A stretch of DNA of 64,000 nucleotides from Longimicrobiales bacterium (lineage in GTDB: Bacteria > Gemmatimonadota > Gemmatimonadetes > Longimicrobiales > Gaopeijiaceae). Numbering within the stretch: position 1 is the stretch's first letter; the number at the start of each line of letters is the position of its first letter. The stretch covers positions 3,808,001 through 3,872,000 of the forward strand of contig OZ242008.1 of assembly GCA_965204735.1 (NCBI GenBank), read 5' to 3'. This document shows, one piece after another, positions 35,234 through 45,134 of the stretch. A model generated the notes under the pieces. That model worked only from the letters and a program-made list of their open reading frames with translations, ran no database searches and had not been told where the DNA came from. The translations under genes were made by a program, and so were the position numbers.

Positions 35234-37515
35234 TCCCATCTCCCTTCTCCTTCCCGACGAATGCGGCCGTCCAGCTCGGGGCTGACCACGCCGCGTTCTC
35301 TGATGTAGTCGACAAACACGTCTCGAATCAGTACTGCCACGTCCTCTCGGCCCTCGTGCGCCGTCGGCTCCCACAAGACGCTCCAGGCGCCCCCGCCGTC
35401 GGCCAAGTAGTCCACCGTTGCCAGCCGGTAGGTCGCCCGCGGGTCGATCGCCGCTCCGCCGACGAGGACCCCCGTGGCGTCTTCTCCGTCCAGCACCATC
35501 GTCCAGCCGGCCACCGGCTCCCCGCCGCTCCGGGCGATCTGGTCGGCCAAGCGCTCCATCTGGGCGCCCGTGAGCGTGAGCACGACGATGTAGTTCTCGA
35601 AGGGCAGGAGCTCGTAGGTGTGACGCATCAGGATCGGGCCCGGAGCGACCGGCACCCGCAGCCCGCCGTCGTTGACCAGCGCCGCGTGCACCGTGTCTCG
35701 CGACAGCCGGCGCGCGCCGTGAAGCACCGCGTCCGCAACCAAGTTGTCCAGCGCCCCCTCCGGGTCGGCCTTGACGAAGATGCCGGTCGCCTGCGCCAGC
35801 ACTTGGTCCAAGTGGGCTTCGATCTGGGAGCGGTAGGGCGCGATCATCGCCTCGACGGCGGGGTCCGGCGGGACCGAGTCGGCTACCTGCACAAAGCTTG
35901 CGGCAACTTCGACGCCCGATGCCCTCCCTTCGGCGCCCGATGCCCTCCCTTCAACGCCCGATGTCCCCCCTTCGGCGTCCGATGCCCGCCCTCTGCCGTC
36001 CGATAGCGGTCGAGAGCGGGCCGATCCGATCCGCGGCGACGTCGGGAGCGCGTCCCGGTCCACGATTGCGCCGCCCTTGATCACCGCGTGGATGCGACGG
36101 TAGTTGCGGGCGCTCTCCAGCGGGTCGGCGTCCAGGATCACCATGTCGGCGGCCTTGCCCGGCTCCAGCGTGCCCAGCTCTTCGTCCACTCGGTACGCCC
36201 GGGCCACGTGACTGGTGGCCGACTTGAGGATCTCCATGGGGTCCATCCCCAGCTCCTCCAGCGCAACCAGCGCGTTGAAGTGGCCTTCGCCGAGCTTGAC
36301 GCGAGGGTCCACCGTGTCGGCCGCCAGCGTCTCGGACTCGGCCCGCAGCACCGGGTTCTCGATCCCCGCGTCGGTCGAGACCAAGAGAGTCGCCCCCGCC
36401 TCGATCAGCCTGCGATGGTTGACCTTCGCCACCTTCATGTAGGGCGTGAGCGTCCCGTCGGGAGCCTCCCTCTCCAGGGCGTCGAGTCGCCTCTGGGTGA
36501 TCGGCAGCACCGAACACGCCACGCCTCTCTCCACCATCTTCCAGATGTACTCCACGGGCAGGTGGTGCGTCGGCCCGGAGATGCCGCAGTGGGTGATGAT
36601 GTCCACTCCGGCCTCGACGGCCATGCTGAAGCTCTCCACGGAAGTGGTGTGGGTCTGCACGGTCATGCCGGCGCGACGCCCCTCCTCGACGATCGCCCGT
36701 TGGACGGCGGGCGAGAACGACACGAAGTTCATCTCCACATGACCGCTGGCGCCGTACTTCAGGAAGTCGACGCCCTTGCCGGCGTACTCGCGGACGACCC
36801 GGCGCACCGAATCGGGCGGCATCCAGAGGAGCGCGCGCCCCGTCCCCTGCTCCCACGTCTCGTTCGTCCGAGACGCGAACGCCTTGCTGACGTGCTGCGC
36901 GGCTTGTCCGCGAAAGTCCGCCGAGAGCGGCCCGTCGAAGCCGATGATGTTGCCTGCCAAGTAGATTCGGCTGCCCGGCGCCTCGCCCCGGTTGATGATC
37001 TCGCGCGCCCTTGCGAGCGCTTGGCGGGGCCCCCACGTGTCGAACACGGTGGTCTGCCCGCTCTTGAGCGCGATCTGGGCCGCCTCCAGCACGATATCAT
37101 GGTACTGCCCCTCGTGCTTGATCAGCGTTTCCATGTCGATGTTGAGGAAGAGGTGCAGGTTGGCGTCCATCAGCCCCGGCACGACGTACTTGCCGGCGGC
37201 GTCCACGACGGTCGCGTCGGGCGGGACCGGCACGTCTCCCACCACGCCGACGGCCGCGACCCGCCCGTCGACCGAGAGCACCACGCCCGGGCCGACCGGA
37301 GCGCCGCCCGCGCCGTCGATGACCGTTCCGCCGACGACCGCCAGGGTCTGGGCTCCGGAGCAAGGAGCGACCGCAAGCGCCGCGACTCCGGCGAGCAAGC
37401 CGACGGCAAGCGCCACGGCTCGCCGGTTCCAGGTCCGTTGGAGGGGCGCGGGCCGGTTCCGGGTCCGCTGGAGGCGCCCGGCAAGAGGATGGCGTCGGCG
37501 GGCGCTCAGTGGCAT
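35230..37515 (-). CDS. Exported amidohydrolase-family protein fused to a 5'-nucleotidase C-terminal domain
   Basis: DAAGKYVVPGLMDANLH, STDAG, GTLEPGKAADMVILDADPL; then LDNLVADA, NDGGLR, ELLPFEN, YRLATVDYLADGG; ATG with AAGGAG RBS. Confidence 0.85.
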   Translation of the reverse strand: MPLSARRRHPLAGRLQRTRNRPAPLQRTWNRRAVALAVGLLAGVAALAVAPCSGAQTLAVVGGTVIDGAGGAPVGPGVVLSVDGRVAAVGVVGDVPVPPDATVVDAAGKYVVPGLMDANLHLFLNIDMETLIKHEGQYHDIVLEAAQIALKSGQTTVFDTWGPRQALARAREIINRGEAPGSRIYLAGNIIGFDGPLSADFRGQAAQHVSKAFASRTNETWEQGTGRALLWMPPDSVRRVVREYAGKGVDFLKYGASGHVEMNFVSFSPAVQRAIVEEGRRAGMTVQTHTTSVESFSMAVEAGVDIITHCGISGPTHHLPVEYIWKMVERGVACSVLPITQRRLDALEREAPDGTLTPYMKVAKVNHRRLIEAGATLLVSTDAGIENPVLRAESETLAADTVDPRVKLGEGHFNALVALEELGMDPMEILKSATSHVARAYRVDEELGTLEPGKAADMVILDADPLESARNYRRIHAVIKGGAIVDRDALPTSPRIGSARSRPLSDGRGRASDAEGGTSGVEGRASGAEGRASGVEVAASFVQVADSVPPDPAVEAMIAPYRSQIEAHLDQVLAQATGIFVKADPEGALDNLVADAVLHGARRLSRDTVHAALVNDGGLRVPVAPGPILMRHTYELLPFENYIVVLTLTGAQMERLADQIARSGGEPVAGWTMVLDGEDATGVLVGGAAIDPRATYRLATVDYLADGGGAWSVLWEPTAHEGREDVAVLIRDVFVDYIRERGVVSPELDGRIRREGEGRWE
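35907..36006 (-). repeat. 21-bp tandem repeat (~4.7 copies) forming the inter-domain linker
   Basis: cttcggcgcccgatgccctcc-like units at 35907, 35928, 35949, 35970, partial at 35991; encodes (G-R-A-S-G/D-A/V-E)n. Confidence 0.85.
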
Positions 37516-37595
37516 CGGGCTTCTCCTTAGGTATCCGGCGGTGGGGCCAAGGTACGACGCTGTACCGAGCCGCGCCAACTGAACTGAACCTCTCG

Positions 37596-38093
37596 CTACC
37601 CCGCGCGAACGTCTCGGAAAGCCGTCTCGTCGACGATCACAAAGGTCGCGGCCGCGGTGGCCACGAGCTTGCCGTCCGACGCCCGCACGGCCCTTCCTTC
37701 CATCTTCACCAGATTCCGCCGCCGTTCGACCTGCCGGCCCTCCAGCCGCAAGGACTCGCCCACGGACGCGGGCGTCCGGTAGCGTATCTGACAGCTCGCC
37801 GTGTACGCCCGGGCGCCCTTGAGATAAAGCAAGTTCGCCATCACGTCGTCCAGGACGCTGTAGATCATTCCGCCGTGGACCACGCCGGGGTAGCCGACGT
37901 GGTCCGGGCCCGGCGTGAACTCGGAGAGGCAGACGCCGCCCTCCAGGCGGAAGACCAGACGGAGGCCGATCGGGTTGTCGGGACCGCAGACGAAGCAGGT
38001 GCGGGCGCCGGATGGCTCTGTCGGCCGGCCGTCGGTCGGAGTCGGGAGCTCGGTTTCTTTCCTGGGGTCGCGGGGCGCTTCGCCAGCGGTCAC
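37596..38093 (-). CDS. PaaI-family hotdog-fold thioesterase
   Basis: CFVCGPDNPIGL, HVGYPGVVHGGMIYSVLDDVM. Confidence 0.9.
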   Translation of the reverse strand: MTAGEAPRDPRKETELPTPTDGRPTEPSGARTCFVCGPDNPIGLRLVFRLEGGVCLSEFTPGPDHVGYPGVVHGGMIYSVLDDVMANLLYLKGARAYTASCQIRYRTPASVGESLRLEGRQVERRRNLVKMEGRAVRASDGKLVATAAATFVIVDETAFRDVRAG

Positions 38094-38191
38094 GTCGTTC
38101 CTTCCATCGGGTCGGGGGCGGCCTTCGTTATATTCCTCGGAACACTGCGGCTCTCTTGAACCTGCGCACACGTCGGCCCGACGCCCACCCC

Positions 38192-38878
38192 ATGCCCCAC
38201 CCCCACTTCGTCCCGGCGACCTTCTCCTTCCTCCGGGAACTGGCCGCCAACAACGATCGGGAGTGGTTCCGCGACAACAAGTTCCGCTACGAGCGGGACG
38301 TGCGGGACCCTGCGTTGCGCTTCGTCGGCGACTTCGCCCCTCGCCTGAAGGCGATCAGCCCCCACTTTCGGGCCGATCCTCGGGCCAACGGAGGCTCCTT
38401 GTTCCGCATCTATCGGGACGTGCGCTTCTCGAAGGACAAGAGGCCCTACAAGACCCATGCCGGCGTCCACTTTCGCCACGAGGCAGGCAAGGATGCGCAT
38501 GCGCTGGGCTTCTACCTGCACCTGGAACCCGGCGGATGCTTCGCGGCCTGCGGCATGTGGCGACCCGCAGGGCCCGCGCTGCGCAACGTCCGCAACGACA
38601 TCGCAGGCGACCCGAAGGGATGGCGGCGGGCGTCCGGCGACCAAGAATTCCTCCAGAGCTTTGCCCTGTCGGGCGACTCGCTGGTGCGCGCGCCCAGGGG
38701 ATTCGACTCCCGCCATCCCTTGGCTGCCGACCTGAGGCGGAAGGACTTCATCGGAGTGGCCCCGATCTCGGAAGAAGCGGCAACAAGCGACGGCTTCTTG
38801 GACGAGTTTGCCGCGCTCTGCCAAGCCGCCGCGCCGTTCCAGCGATGGCTGTGCAGGGCCGTCGGGGCGCCGTTTTGA
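38192..38878 (+). CDS. DUF2461 (TIGR02453-type) protein
   Basis: FLRELAANNDREWF, FRIYRDVRFSKDKRPYKT, GFYLHLEPG, PRGF...DLRRKDF. Confidence 0.9.
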   Translation: MPHPHFVPATFSFLRELAANNDREWFRDNKFRYERDVRDPALRFVGDFAPRLKAISPHFRADPRANGGSLFRIYRDVRFSKDKRPYKTHAGVHFRHEAGKDAHALGFYLHLEPGGCFAACGMWRPAGPALRNVRNDIAGDPKGWRRASGDQEFLQSFALSGDSLVRAPRGFDSRHPLAADLRRKDFIGVAPISEEAATSDGFLDEFAALCQAAAPFQRWLCRAVGAPF

Positions 38879-38922
38879 TCCCCGCCTTGTTGTTCACGGT
38901 GAACAAGGCAGGTTGAAGAGAG

Positions 38923-40254
38923 ATGTCCCTGCAGAAGCTGTGGAAGCTGCCGATCTCCGGCCGTGTGGGACGCCAGACCAAGTGGTCGTTGGCCGTGACG
39001 GCTTTCGAGCTTGCGCGTGGGATCGCGCAGATCGTCATCGTCTTCCGAATCCTGGGCAGGGAGAACTACGGCGTGCTGGTGCCGATCTACTACGTGACCG
39101 GCCTGCTGCACGCCGGCTTGTCGGTACTGAGCGACCAGGCCATTACGACGTACGCCACCCGGTCGCTCTCGGGCGGTCGGCAACGGGAAGCGTCCTTGAT
39201 CATCTGGTCGAACATCAAGATCTCCTTCGCTCTGGGAGCGTCGGTATACTTCAGCTTGGCGGTTCTTGCACACTCGTCGCCAGGCTTGATCGGCCTCGAC
39301 CACGAGCACCGCGGCCTTCTGCTCGTGTTCGGGCTGACCGCGATCTTCACGGCAAACCACAAGGACTCGCTGGCGGTGCTGAGGCTGACCGACCGCTACC
39401 ACTACAGCTTCGTCGTCGCCGTCGTCACGGGCATCGCCCACCTGGGCGCCTTGGGGGCGATCTGGCTGACCGGCGGTTCGCTGTGGCTGGTCGTGCTGGT
39501 CTCCACCGGAGCGGCTGCGATCAACGGGACCGGAATGCTTGCGGCGGCCGCCTTGTCCGCCCGAAGGACGGGGCTGCCCGCTCCGCCGCGCGGGTCGTCG
39601 ATTCGCGAGATGCCCGCCGACGTGACCAAGTTCCTGCGCACGTCCTTTTGGCAGACGAAGGCAGGAGCTCTGGGCTGGCACCTGGACCCGATTCTCGCGG
39701 CCAAGGTGGGGACCGACGCGCAGGCCGGAGTGTACGGCGTCGTGCGACGGGTGACGGACACCCTCGATTCGCTCGCCCGTACTCTGGGCCACGTGATACA
39801 GACCGAGTACAGCAGAAGGTGGTTTGCGTCCGACGGCGACGGCGTTCGCCCGCTTTGGCGGCGCTCCACCGTCTCTCTTGCTGTGTTGGCCTTGGCGTCG
39901 TGCGGCGGCATCTTCGTGTTTCGAGACGTGGTGGCACGCCTTCTCGGCGCCGAGTTCGCAGGCGGCGCCACGACCTTGGCGTACGTGCTTCCCGGCGCCT
40001 TCCTCTACCTGACCGCCACGGCCGTGCTGGTGCTGCCGGCCGCCGTCGGAAAGGTTTTGCCGTCGTTCACATGGCTGGTGGTCGCCGTACTCGTGCAGGC
40101 GACGGCGATCTTCGTGCTCGTGCCCATGTCCGGGGCCGACGGAGCCGCACTGTCGCGCACGCTGTTCTACCTCTCGCTGACCGTGGTCGCCGTGCCGTTT
40201 GCCGTCCCTCTGCTGCTTCAGAACCGTTGCGCGAAACAGGTGAACGTCCAGTGA
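38923..40254 (+). CDS. Polysaccharide/oligosaccharide flippase (Wzx-like)
   Basis: RILGRENYG, many TM helices, AGVYGVVRR, LLGAEF, GADGAA; adjacent to glycosyltransferases. Confidence 0.8.
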   Translation: MSLQKLWKLPISGRVGRQTKWSLAVTAFELARGIAQIVIVFRILGRENYGVLVPIYYVTGLLHAGLSVLSDQAITTYATRSLSGGRQREASLIIWSNIKISFALGASVYFSLAVLAHSSPGLIGLDHEHRGLLLVFGLTAIFTANHKDSLAVLRLTDRYHYSFVVAVVTGIAHLGALGAIWLTGGSLWLVVLVSTGAAAINGTGMLAAAALSARRTGLPAPPRGSSIREMPADVTKFLRTSFWQTKAGALGWHLDPILAAKVGTDAQAGVYGVVRRVTDTLDSLARTLGHVIQTEYSRRWFASDGDGVRPLWRRSTVSLAVLALASCGGIFVFRDVVARLLGAEFAGGATTLAYVLPGAFLYLTATAVLVLPAAVGKVLPSFTWLVVAVLVQATAIFVLVPMSGADGAALSRTLFYLSLTVVAVPFAVPLLLQNRCAKQVNVQ

Positions 40255-41396
40255 CTTCCAAGGAGCCCGGCAGAGTCGCCATCTTCCTGCCGGACCTGGG
40301 CGGCGGCGGCGCCGAGCGCTGCAACGTGATTCTGGCGAACGAGTTCGCCAGCCGGGGAGTCGAGGTCGACTTGGTGGTGTACAATGCAGACGGACCCTTC
40401 GCAAGGCTGGTCGCCGACGATGTTCGACTGGTGGTTCTCGGCTGTCGTCGGCTCGAGACCAGCCTCCTTCCCTTTTGCCAGTACGTAATGCGCGAGCGTC
40501 CAAGCGTCGTAATGGCGTCGATGCAGCACGCCGGCATCGTTGCCCTGCTGGCGAAGAGGCTTGTGGGCAAGGGACGGCGCTTCATCGTTCAGTACCAGAA
40601 CACGATCTCTCGCGACTATGCGACCTTTGGTCCGGCAGGTCGTTTCTGGCTGCGCCTGCTCGGGCTGCTGCTCCCGTCCGCCGACGCCGTCGTGGCAGTG
40701 TCCAAGCAAGCAGCGCAGGACATTGTCGACACCTTCCCCAGGACGGCCGGGAACATACTGTACATATACAACGCCGTGTCGGAGGACGCCATCGCCCAGC
40801 TTGTCGACGAGCCGGTGACGCATCCGTGGTTCCACGACCCGGGGACGCCGGTGATGCTGTCGGCGGGACGATTGGTGCCCCTGAAGAACTACCAGAGTCT
40901 GCTGGACGCTTTCTCGCGGGTTCTGAGAGTGCGCCCGGCACGGTTGATAATCATCGGCGAGGGTACCGACCGGTCCAGGCTCGTGAGCCGGGCCAAGGAG
41001 CTGGGCATCACCGATTCTGTTGACTTTGCAGGCTTCCAGGCCAATCCCTATTCGTTTATGAAGAATGCACGGGTGTTCGTCCTCTCGTCGCTTCAGGAGG
41101 GGTTGCCGCTGGTGCTGATCGAGGCGTTGGCGTGCGGAACCCCCGTCGTCAGCACCGATTGTCCCAGTGGTCCACGGGAGGTGTTGGAGGGAGGCAAGTG
41201 GGGACGGCTGGTTCCCGTCGGAGACTCCCGGGCCTTGGCGGACGCGATGCTGGCGACCCTCGACGACCCGGAAGACTCGGCCGCCCTCGTCGAGCGAGCG
41301 AGGCGCTTCTCTGCGAGGACGATCGCCGACGAGTACCTGAGGCTGTTCCTGGAGCTGCGGGGCCGGGAGCGTCGCGCGAGTTCGGGCGTCGCATGA
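40251..41396 (+). CDS. GT4 glycosyltransferase (WabH/PglJ-like)
   Basis: DLGGGGAER, SAGRLVPLKN, GFQANPY, SSLQEGLPLVLIEALACGTPVVSTDCPSGPREVL. Confidence 0.93.
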   Translation: MTSKEPGRVAIFLPDLGGGGAERCNVILANEFASRGVEVDLVVYNADGPFARLVADDVRLVVLGCRRLETSLLPFCQYVMRERPSVVMASMQHAGIVALLAKRLVGKGRRFIVQYQNTISRDYATFGPAGRFWLRLLGLLLPSADAVVAVSKQAAQDIVDTFPRTAGNILYIYNAVSEDAIAQLVDEPVTHPWFHDPGTPVMLSAGRLVPLKNYQSLLDAFSRVLRVRPARLIIIGEGTDRSRLVSRAKELGITDSVDFAGFQANPYSFMKNARVFVLSSLQEGLPLVLIEALACGTPVVSTDCPSGPREVLEGGKWGRLVPVGDSRALADAMLATLDDPEDSAALVERARRFSARTIADEYLRLFLELRGRERRASSGVA

Positions 41397-42529
41397 GTCG
41401 CAAGAAGGTCGCCGTCTTTGTTCCGAGCCTGGAGGGAGGCGGCGCGGAGCAGCTCAACACGACCTTGGCAAACGAGTTCGCCAAGCGGGAGCTGTCGGTC
41501 GATCTGGTAGTCGTGGATGGGACCGGTCGGTTGCGGAGGCTGGTGGCCGACGACGTGCGGATCGTCGTCTTGGGATCGCGACGATGCATGACGAGCGTTC
41601 CGCACTTTTGCCGATACCTGAGCAGGGAAAGGCCGGACGTGGTGGTGGCGACGATGCGTGCAGGAATCGTTGCGCTGCTTGCAAACCGGATCACAAGGGG
41701 TCACAGGCGCACGCTGGTTCGCATCGAGTCCTCGTACACGATTCAGTACCGGCAAACGGACGCTGTGGGTCGGTTGCTGGTGCGTCTGCACGCATGGCTG
41801 CTTCCGTCCGCCGACGCCGTGGTGACGTCCTCCAAAGGCGCAGCGGCCGACATTGCGCATCTTTCTCCCAAGGCGGCCGCCAAGGTGCGGGCGATCTACG
41901 ATCCAATCTTCAAGCCGCGTATTCTCGACCTCGCCGGGCAGCCCGTTGCTCATCGGTGGCTGCGGGAAGCGGCAGTGCCGGTCGTGATCTCGGTCGGTCG
42001 TCTGTCGCCGGAGAAGGACTTGAGAACGCTTCTCAGGGCCTTTGCAGAGGTGGTCAAGGCGCGCCCGGCCCGACTTCTCATTGTTGGCGAAGGACCCGAA
42101 CGAGCAGAGTTGGTGCGCACCGCCGAAGCGCTGGGCATCGCCGATGCCGTCGACATGCCCGGATTCCAAGACAACCCATTCGCATTCGTCAGGCGGGCGC
42201 GAGCCCTGGTGTTGTCTTCGGACGGCGAGGGCTTGCCCGCGGTGTTGATCGAGGCCCTGGCGTGCGGAACGCCAGTGGTCAGCACCATGTGCGGCAGCGG
42301 CCCGGAGGAGATACTGGAGGACGGCAAGTGGGGCCGGCTGGTGCCCGTCGGAGACGACAGGGCAATGGCCGAGGCGATCCTGCAAACGCTCGACGAGCCC
42401 GCGGACTCCGACGCCCTCGTCGCTCGGGCCAAGCGCTTTGGGGTCGAGCCTTCGGTCGAGCAGCACCTTCGGCTGATGTTCCCGGACGGATGGAACTCCC
42501 CCGCCACCGAGGCGACGCCCGGCCGTTGA
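41393..42529 (+). CDS. GT4 glycosyltransferase, tandem paralog
   Basis: SLEGGGAEQ, VGRLSPEKD, GFQDNPF, EGLPAVLIEALACGTPVVST, LEDGKWGRLVPVGD. Confidence 0.93.
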   Translation: MSRKKVAVFVPSLEGGGAEQLNTTLANEFAKRELSVDLVVVDGTGRLRRLVADDVRIVVLGSRRCMTSVPHFCRYLSRERPDVVVATMRAGIVALLANRITRGHRRTLVRIESSYTIQYRQTDAVGRLLVRLHAWLLPSADAVVTSSKGAAADIAHLSPKAAAKVRAIYDPIFKPRILDLAGQPVAHRWLREAAVPVVISVGRLSPEKDLRTLLRAFAEVVKARPARLLIVGEGPERAELVRTAEALGIADAVDMPGFQDNPFAFVRRARALVLSSDGEGLPAVLIEALACGTPVVSTMCGSGPEEILEDGKWGRLVPVGDDRAMAEAILQTLDEPADSDALVARAKRFGVEPSVEQHLRLMFPDGWNSPATEATPGR

Positions 42530-42651
42530 CCCTCGGCCCGGCCGGCCGTCTTCGGCGCCTGGACGGGCCGCGACCGTCGCCAGAAGCGACCCCCGGCCCG
42601 CACGATCCGTTGACCCTCGACCCGTGATCTGTTGACCCTCGGCCCGCGATC
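42523..42651 (+). repeat. GTTGACCCTCG direct repeats (three copies; two in 22-bp tandem)
   Basis: ccgttgaccctcggcccg at 42523; gatccgttgaccctcgacccgt at 42604; gatctgttgaccctcggcccgc at 42626. Confidence 0.75.
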
Positions 42652-42697
42652 AGCTTATCTTTTCGACCCTTGCGAACGCCAACAGCGGGCGAGAGCC

Positions 42698-43186
42698 ATG
42701 AAGTCACCACGCAGGAAGCCGCTGGGCGGCCGGGCCGGCCGCCGACCGCTCTGCCTTGTCGCTCGCCTGGCGTTCGTCCTTGGTCTGGGCGCTTGCGATT
42801 CGCTGAGCCTGAGCCGGGAGCCCGAGACCGCCCGCATTCGGATCGTCAGCGACGACGTCTCGGAGGTCTCGCTGGTCACCTCGCGCTGGTTCGTCGAGGT
42901 GGCGGACCCGGACTGCGTCGGGTGCCCGTCGGCAATCCAGCTCGTCGTGGGCGACACGACGACCGTCTCGCTTCCCTTCGAGGAGACCTACCCCCTGACC
43001 GCCCGCCTCCAGTTCTTCGCCGAGGCCCAGCCGTCTGCCGGCGTGCCGGTCAGACTTTCCATGAAGGCGTGGGTGGACGACAGGGAGTGGTACAACGGCT
43101 CTCGCACCTTGGAGCCGGAAGACGCGAACGGGGAGCCCGAGACGTTGCGCTTCGTCTACCAGTATACCCGAGCCAGGCTTCCCTGA
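42698..43186 (+). CDS. Hypothetical lipoprotein
   Basis: Lipobox LGLGAC; internal DCVGCP (CxxC); beta-rich; stop coupled to the DHOR gene. Confidence 0.7.
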   Translation: MKSPRRKPLGGRAGRRPLCLVARLAFVLGLGACDSLSLSREPETARIRIVSDDVSEVSLVTSRWFVEVADPDCVGCPSAIQLVVGDTTTVSLPFEETYPLTARLQFFAEAQPSAGVPVRLSMKAWVDDREWYNGSRTLEPEDANGEPETLRFVYQYTRARLP

Positions 43187-43188
43187 CG

Positions 43189-43267
43189 GACGGTCGCGCT
43201 TTCCCGGCGAACGGTCGCGCTTTCCCGGGCGACGGTCACGCTTTCCCGGCGAACGGTCGCGCTGCCC
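43189..43267 (+). repeat. 21-bp tandem repeat x~4
   Basis: gacggtcgcgctttcccggcg-like units at 43189, 43210, 43231, 43252 (DGRAFPA-like). Confidence 0.85.
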
Positions 43268-43299
43268 TGAGGGAAGACCGCCAAGCTCCGAGTGGAGAA

Positions 43300-44499
43300 G
43301 TGCGTTCGGCGTGGTGGCCCCCTGGCCTCTGGACGGTGGCGGTCGGCACGATGCTGGTCGTTGCCTGCACTTCCCAGCCCAGCTACACCGAGGGCGAGCC
43401 GGGCGCGCCGCTCCCGGAGTTGGACGACGACCAGCTCCGTCGGTTCGCCGAAGGGCAGATCCTCTTCAACCGGCCCTTCAGCGTTGCCGAGGGGCTGGGC
43501 CCGCTCTTCAACCAGGACCGGTGCGGCGCCTGCCACGACCTTCCCACCAGCGGCGGCCACGGCGCCGAGCCGGTGGTCAAGGCCGCCCGCTTCGACCCGA
43601 CGGAGGGGTGCACGACGCTGCCCGACCACGGAGGCGACCTTCGACAGCAGATCGTGACCGAGCGCGCCCGGGCGCTGGGCGTGCAGCCCGAGCTGATCCA
43701 CGAACACGCCACCGAAGCAGCCGACATCCGGCCGTCCGCCGTCTACGGGTTGGGCTTGGTCGCGGCGATTCCCGAGGCCGAGCTGCTCCGCCGAGCGGAC
43801 CCGGAAGACGCCGACGGCGACGGCATATCGGGCCGGGCCAACTTCGGCGCCGAAGGACGGGCGGGGAGGTTCGGTCGGCGGGCGCAGCACTCGACCCTTC
43901 GCGGCTTCATCGAAGAGGCGATTCGGCTGGAGATGGGGATCACCACGCCCAGCCGCCCCCGCGAAGAGCTGCCCGACGGGAAGCCGTTGCCCAGGGGAGC
44001 GGACCCGGCACCCGACCCGGAGGTGGACGAGACGACGCTCCGGCTCTTGACCGACTACATCCGCTTCCTGGCCCCGCCTCGATCGCTGACCCCCGGCGAC
44101 GGAGACGGCGCCGACGTTGCAGGAGACCTGGCAGAAGGGGCGCGTATCTTCGACTTCATGGGGTGCGCAAAGTGCCACGTCCCCTCGTTCACGACCAGCA
44201 GCGACGCTTCGCCGGCCCTCGCCCGACGGCGCTTCCGCCTCTACTCGGACCTTCTCCTCCACGACATGGGTCCCGAACTCGCCGGCCCGTGCACTCCGGG
44301 CACGACTCCTTCCGAGTGGAAGACCGCCCGGCTCGTGGGGCTGGGCCACCGCATCGACTTCCTCCACGATGGCCGGGCCGGGACCATCGAGGACGCAGTC
44401 CTGCTGCATGGAGGGGAGGCCTTGGCGAGCCGGGAAGTATTCCAGCGACTCACTGACGAAGCCCGCCGACAGGTGCTGGTCTTTCTCCGGTCACTGTAG
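43300..44499 (+). CDS. Di-heme oxidoreductase (DHOR family) lipoprotein, copy 1
   Basis: Lipobox LVVAC; GLGPLFNQDRCGACH, GLGLVAAIP, DPEDADGDGISGR, GCAKCH, YSDLLLHDMG, FLHDGRA, HGGEA; start uncertain. Confidence 0.9.
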   Translation: MRSAWWPPGLWTVAVGTMLVVACTSQPSYTEGEPGAPLPELDDDQLRRFAEGQILFNRPFSVAEGLGPLFNQDRCGACHDLPTSGGHGAEPVVKAARFDPTEGCTTLPDHGGDLRQQIVTERARALGVQPELIHEHATEAADIRPSAVYGLGLVAAIPEAELLRRADPEDADGDGISGRANFGAEGRAGRFGRRAQHSTLRGFIEEAIRLEMGITTPSRPREELPDGKPLPRGADPAPDPEVDETTLRLLTDYIRFLAPPRSLTPGDGDGADVAGDLAEGARIFDFMGCAKCHVPSFTTSSDASPALARRRFRLYSDLLLHDMGPELAGPCTPGTTPSEWKTARLVGLGHRIDFLHDGRAGTIEDAVLLHGGEALASREVFQRLTDEARRQVLVFLRSL

Positions 44500-44551
44500 G
44501 AGAGGCGTCGCATCCGCGCACCGCCGGCGCCGGCGAGTTCGCAGTTGCCTG

Positions 44552-45007
44552 CTACTCCGGCGTTCCGGGACGATTGGGGTCCAGGAACCGCACCAGCAGG
44601 TCGACTTGGCCCTTGACGTACGCCTGTTCCTCCCGCAAGTCGGCGACGTCTTCCCGGACCTCGGCCACGTCTTCCCGGACCTCGGCCAGGTCCTCCTTGA
44701 CCTCGTCGAGTTGCCGCTCCACGGCGTCGAACCTCTGCTCCAGGGCGTCGAACCTCTGCTCCAGGGCGTCGAACCTCGGGGTGATCGCTTGATCGATCAC
44801 GACGGGCAGCGCCCACGTCACCAGGAAAGCAACCGACGCCACGAACAACCCGCCGATTCCCAGCCCGACCAACGCCTTGAGCCGGTTGTCCCACTTGAAC
44901 ACGCCGGCCCAGAATCGGCCGCCCGTGCCCCTTGGAGTGCCTTGACTCGGCTCCTCGCTTGGAAAATGCTCGCTGCGAACGTTCACGTCTGCGGTGATTG
45001 CACTCAT
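44552..45007 (-). CDS. Single-TM coiled-coil protein with heptad repeats
   Basis: Strong RBS GAGGAGGAAAGG; one TM then RFDALEQ x3 and (L/V)AEVRED x3 encoded by 21-bp repeats. Confidence 0.75.
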   Translation of the reverse strand: MSAITADVNVRSEHFPSEEPSQGTPRGTGGRFWAGVFKWDNRLKALVGLGIGGLFVASVAFLVTWALPVVIDQAITPRFDALEQRFDALEQRFDAVERQLDEVKEDLAEVREDVAEVREDVADLREEQAYVKGQVDLLVRFLDPNRPGTPE

Positions 45008-45074
45008 TTCCTTTCCTCCTCGGATTGGGGATTGGGTCGAGCGGTGAACCGGGGCGAGTGCTCCCGGTCGCTAC

Positions 45075-45103
45075 AGCTTAAGCGACGACGGGGCGATTCG
45101 CAA
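45075..45103 (-). promoter_or_regulatory. Sigma70-type promoter for the coiled-coil gene
   Basis: TTGCGA (45103-45098), 17-bp spacer, TAAGCT (45080-45075) on the minus strand. Confidence 0.5.
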
Positions 45104-45134
45104 GGACTTTTTTCGGAGTCCGCACATATAAGCA

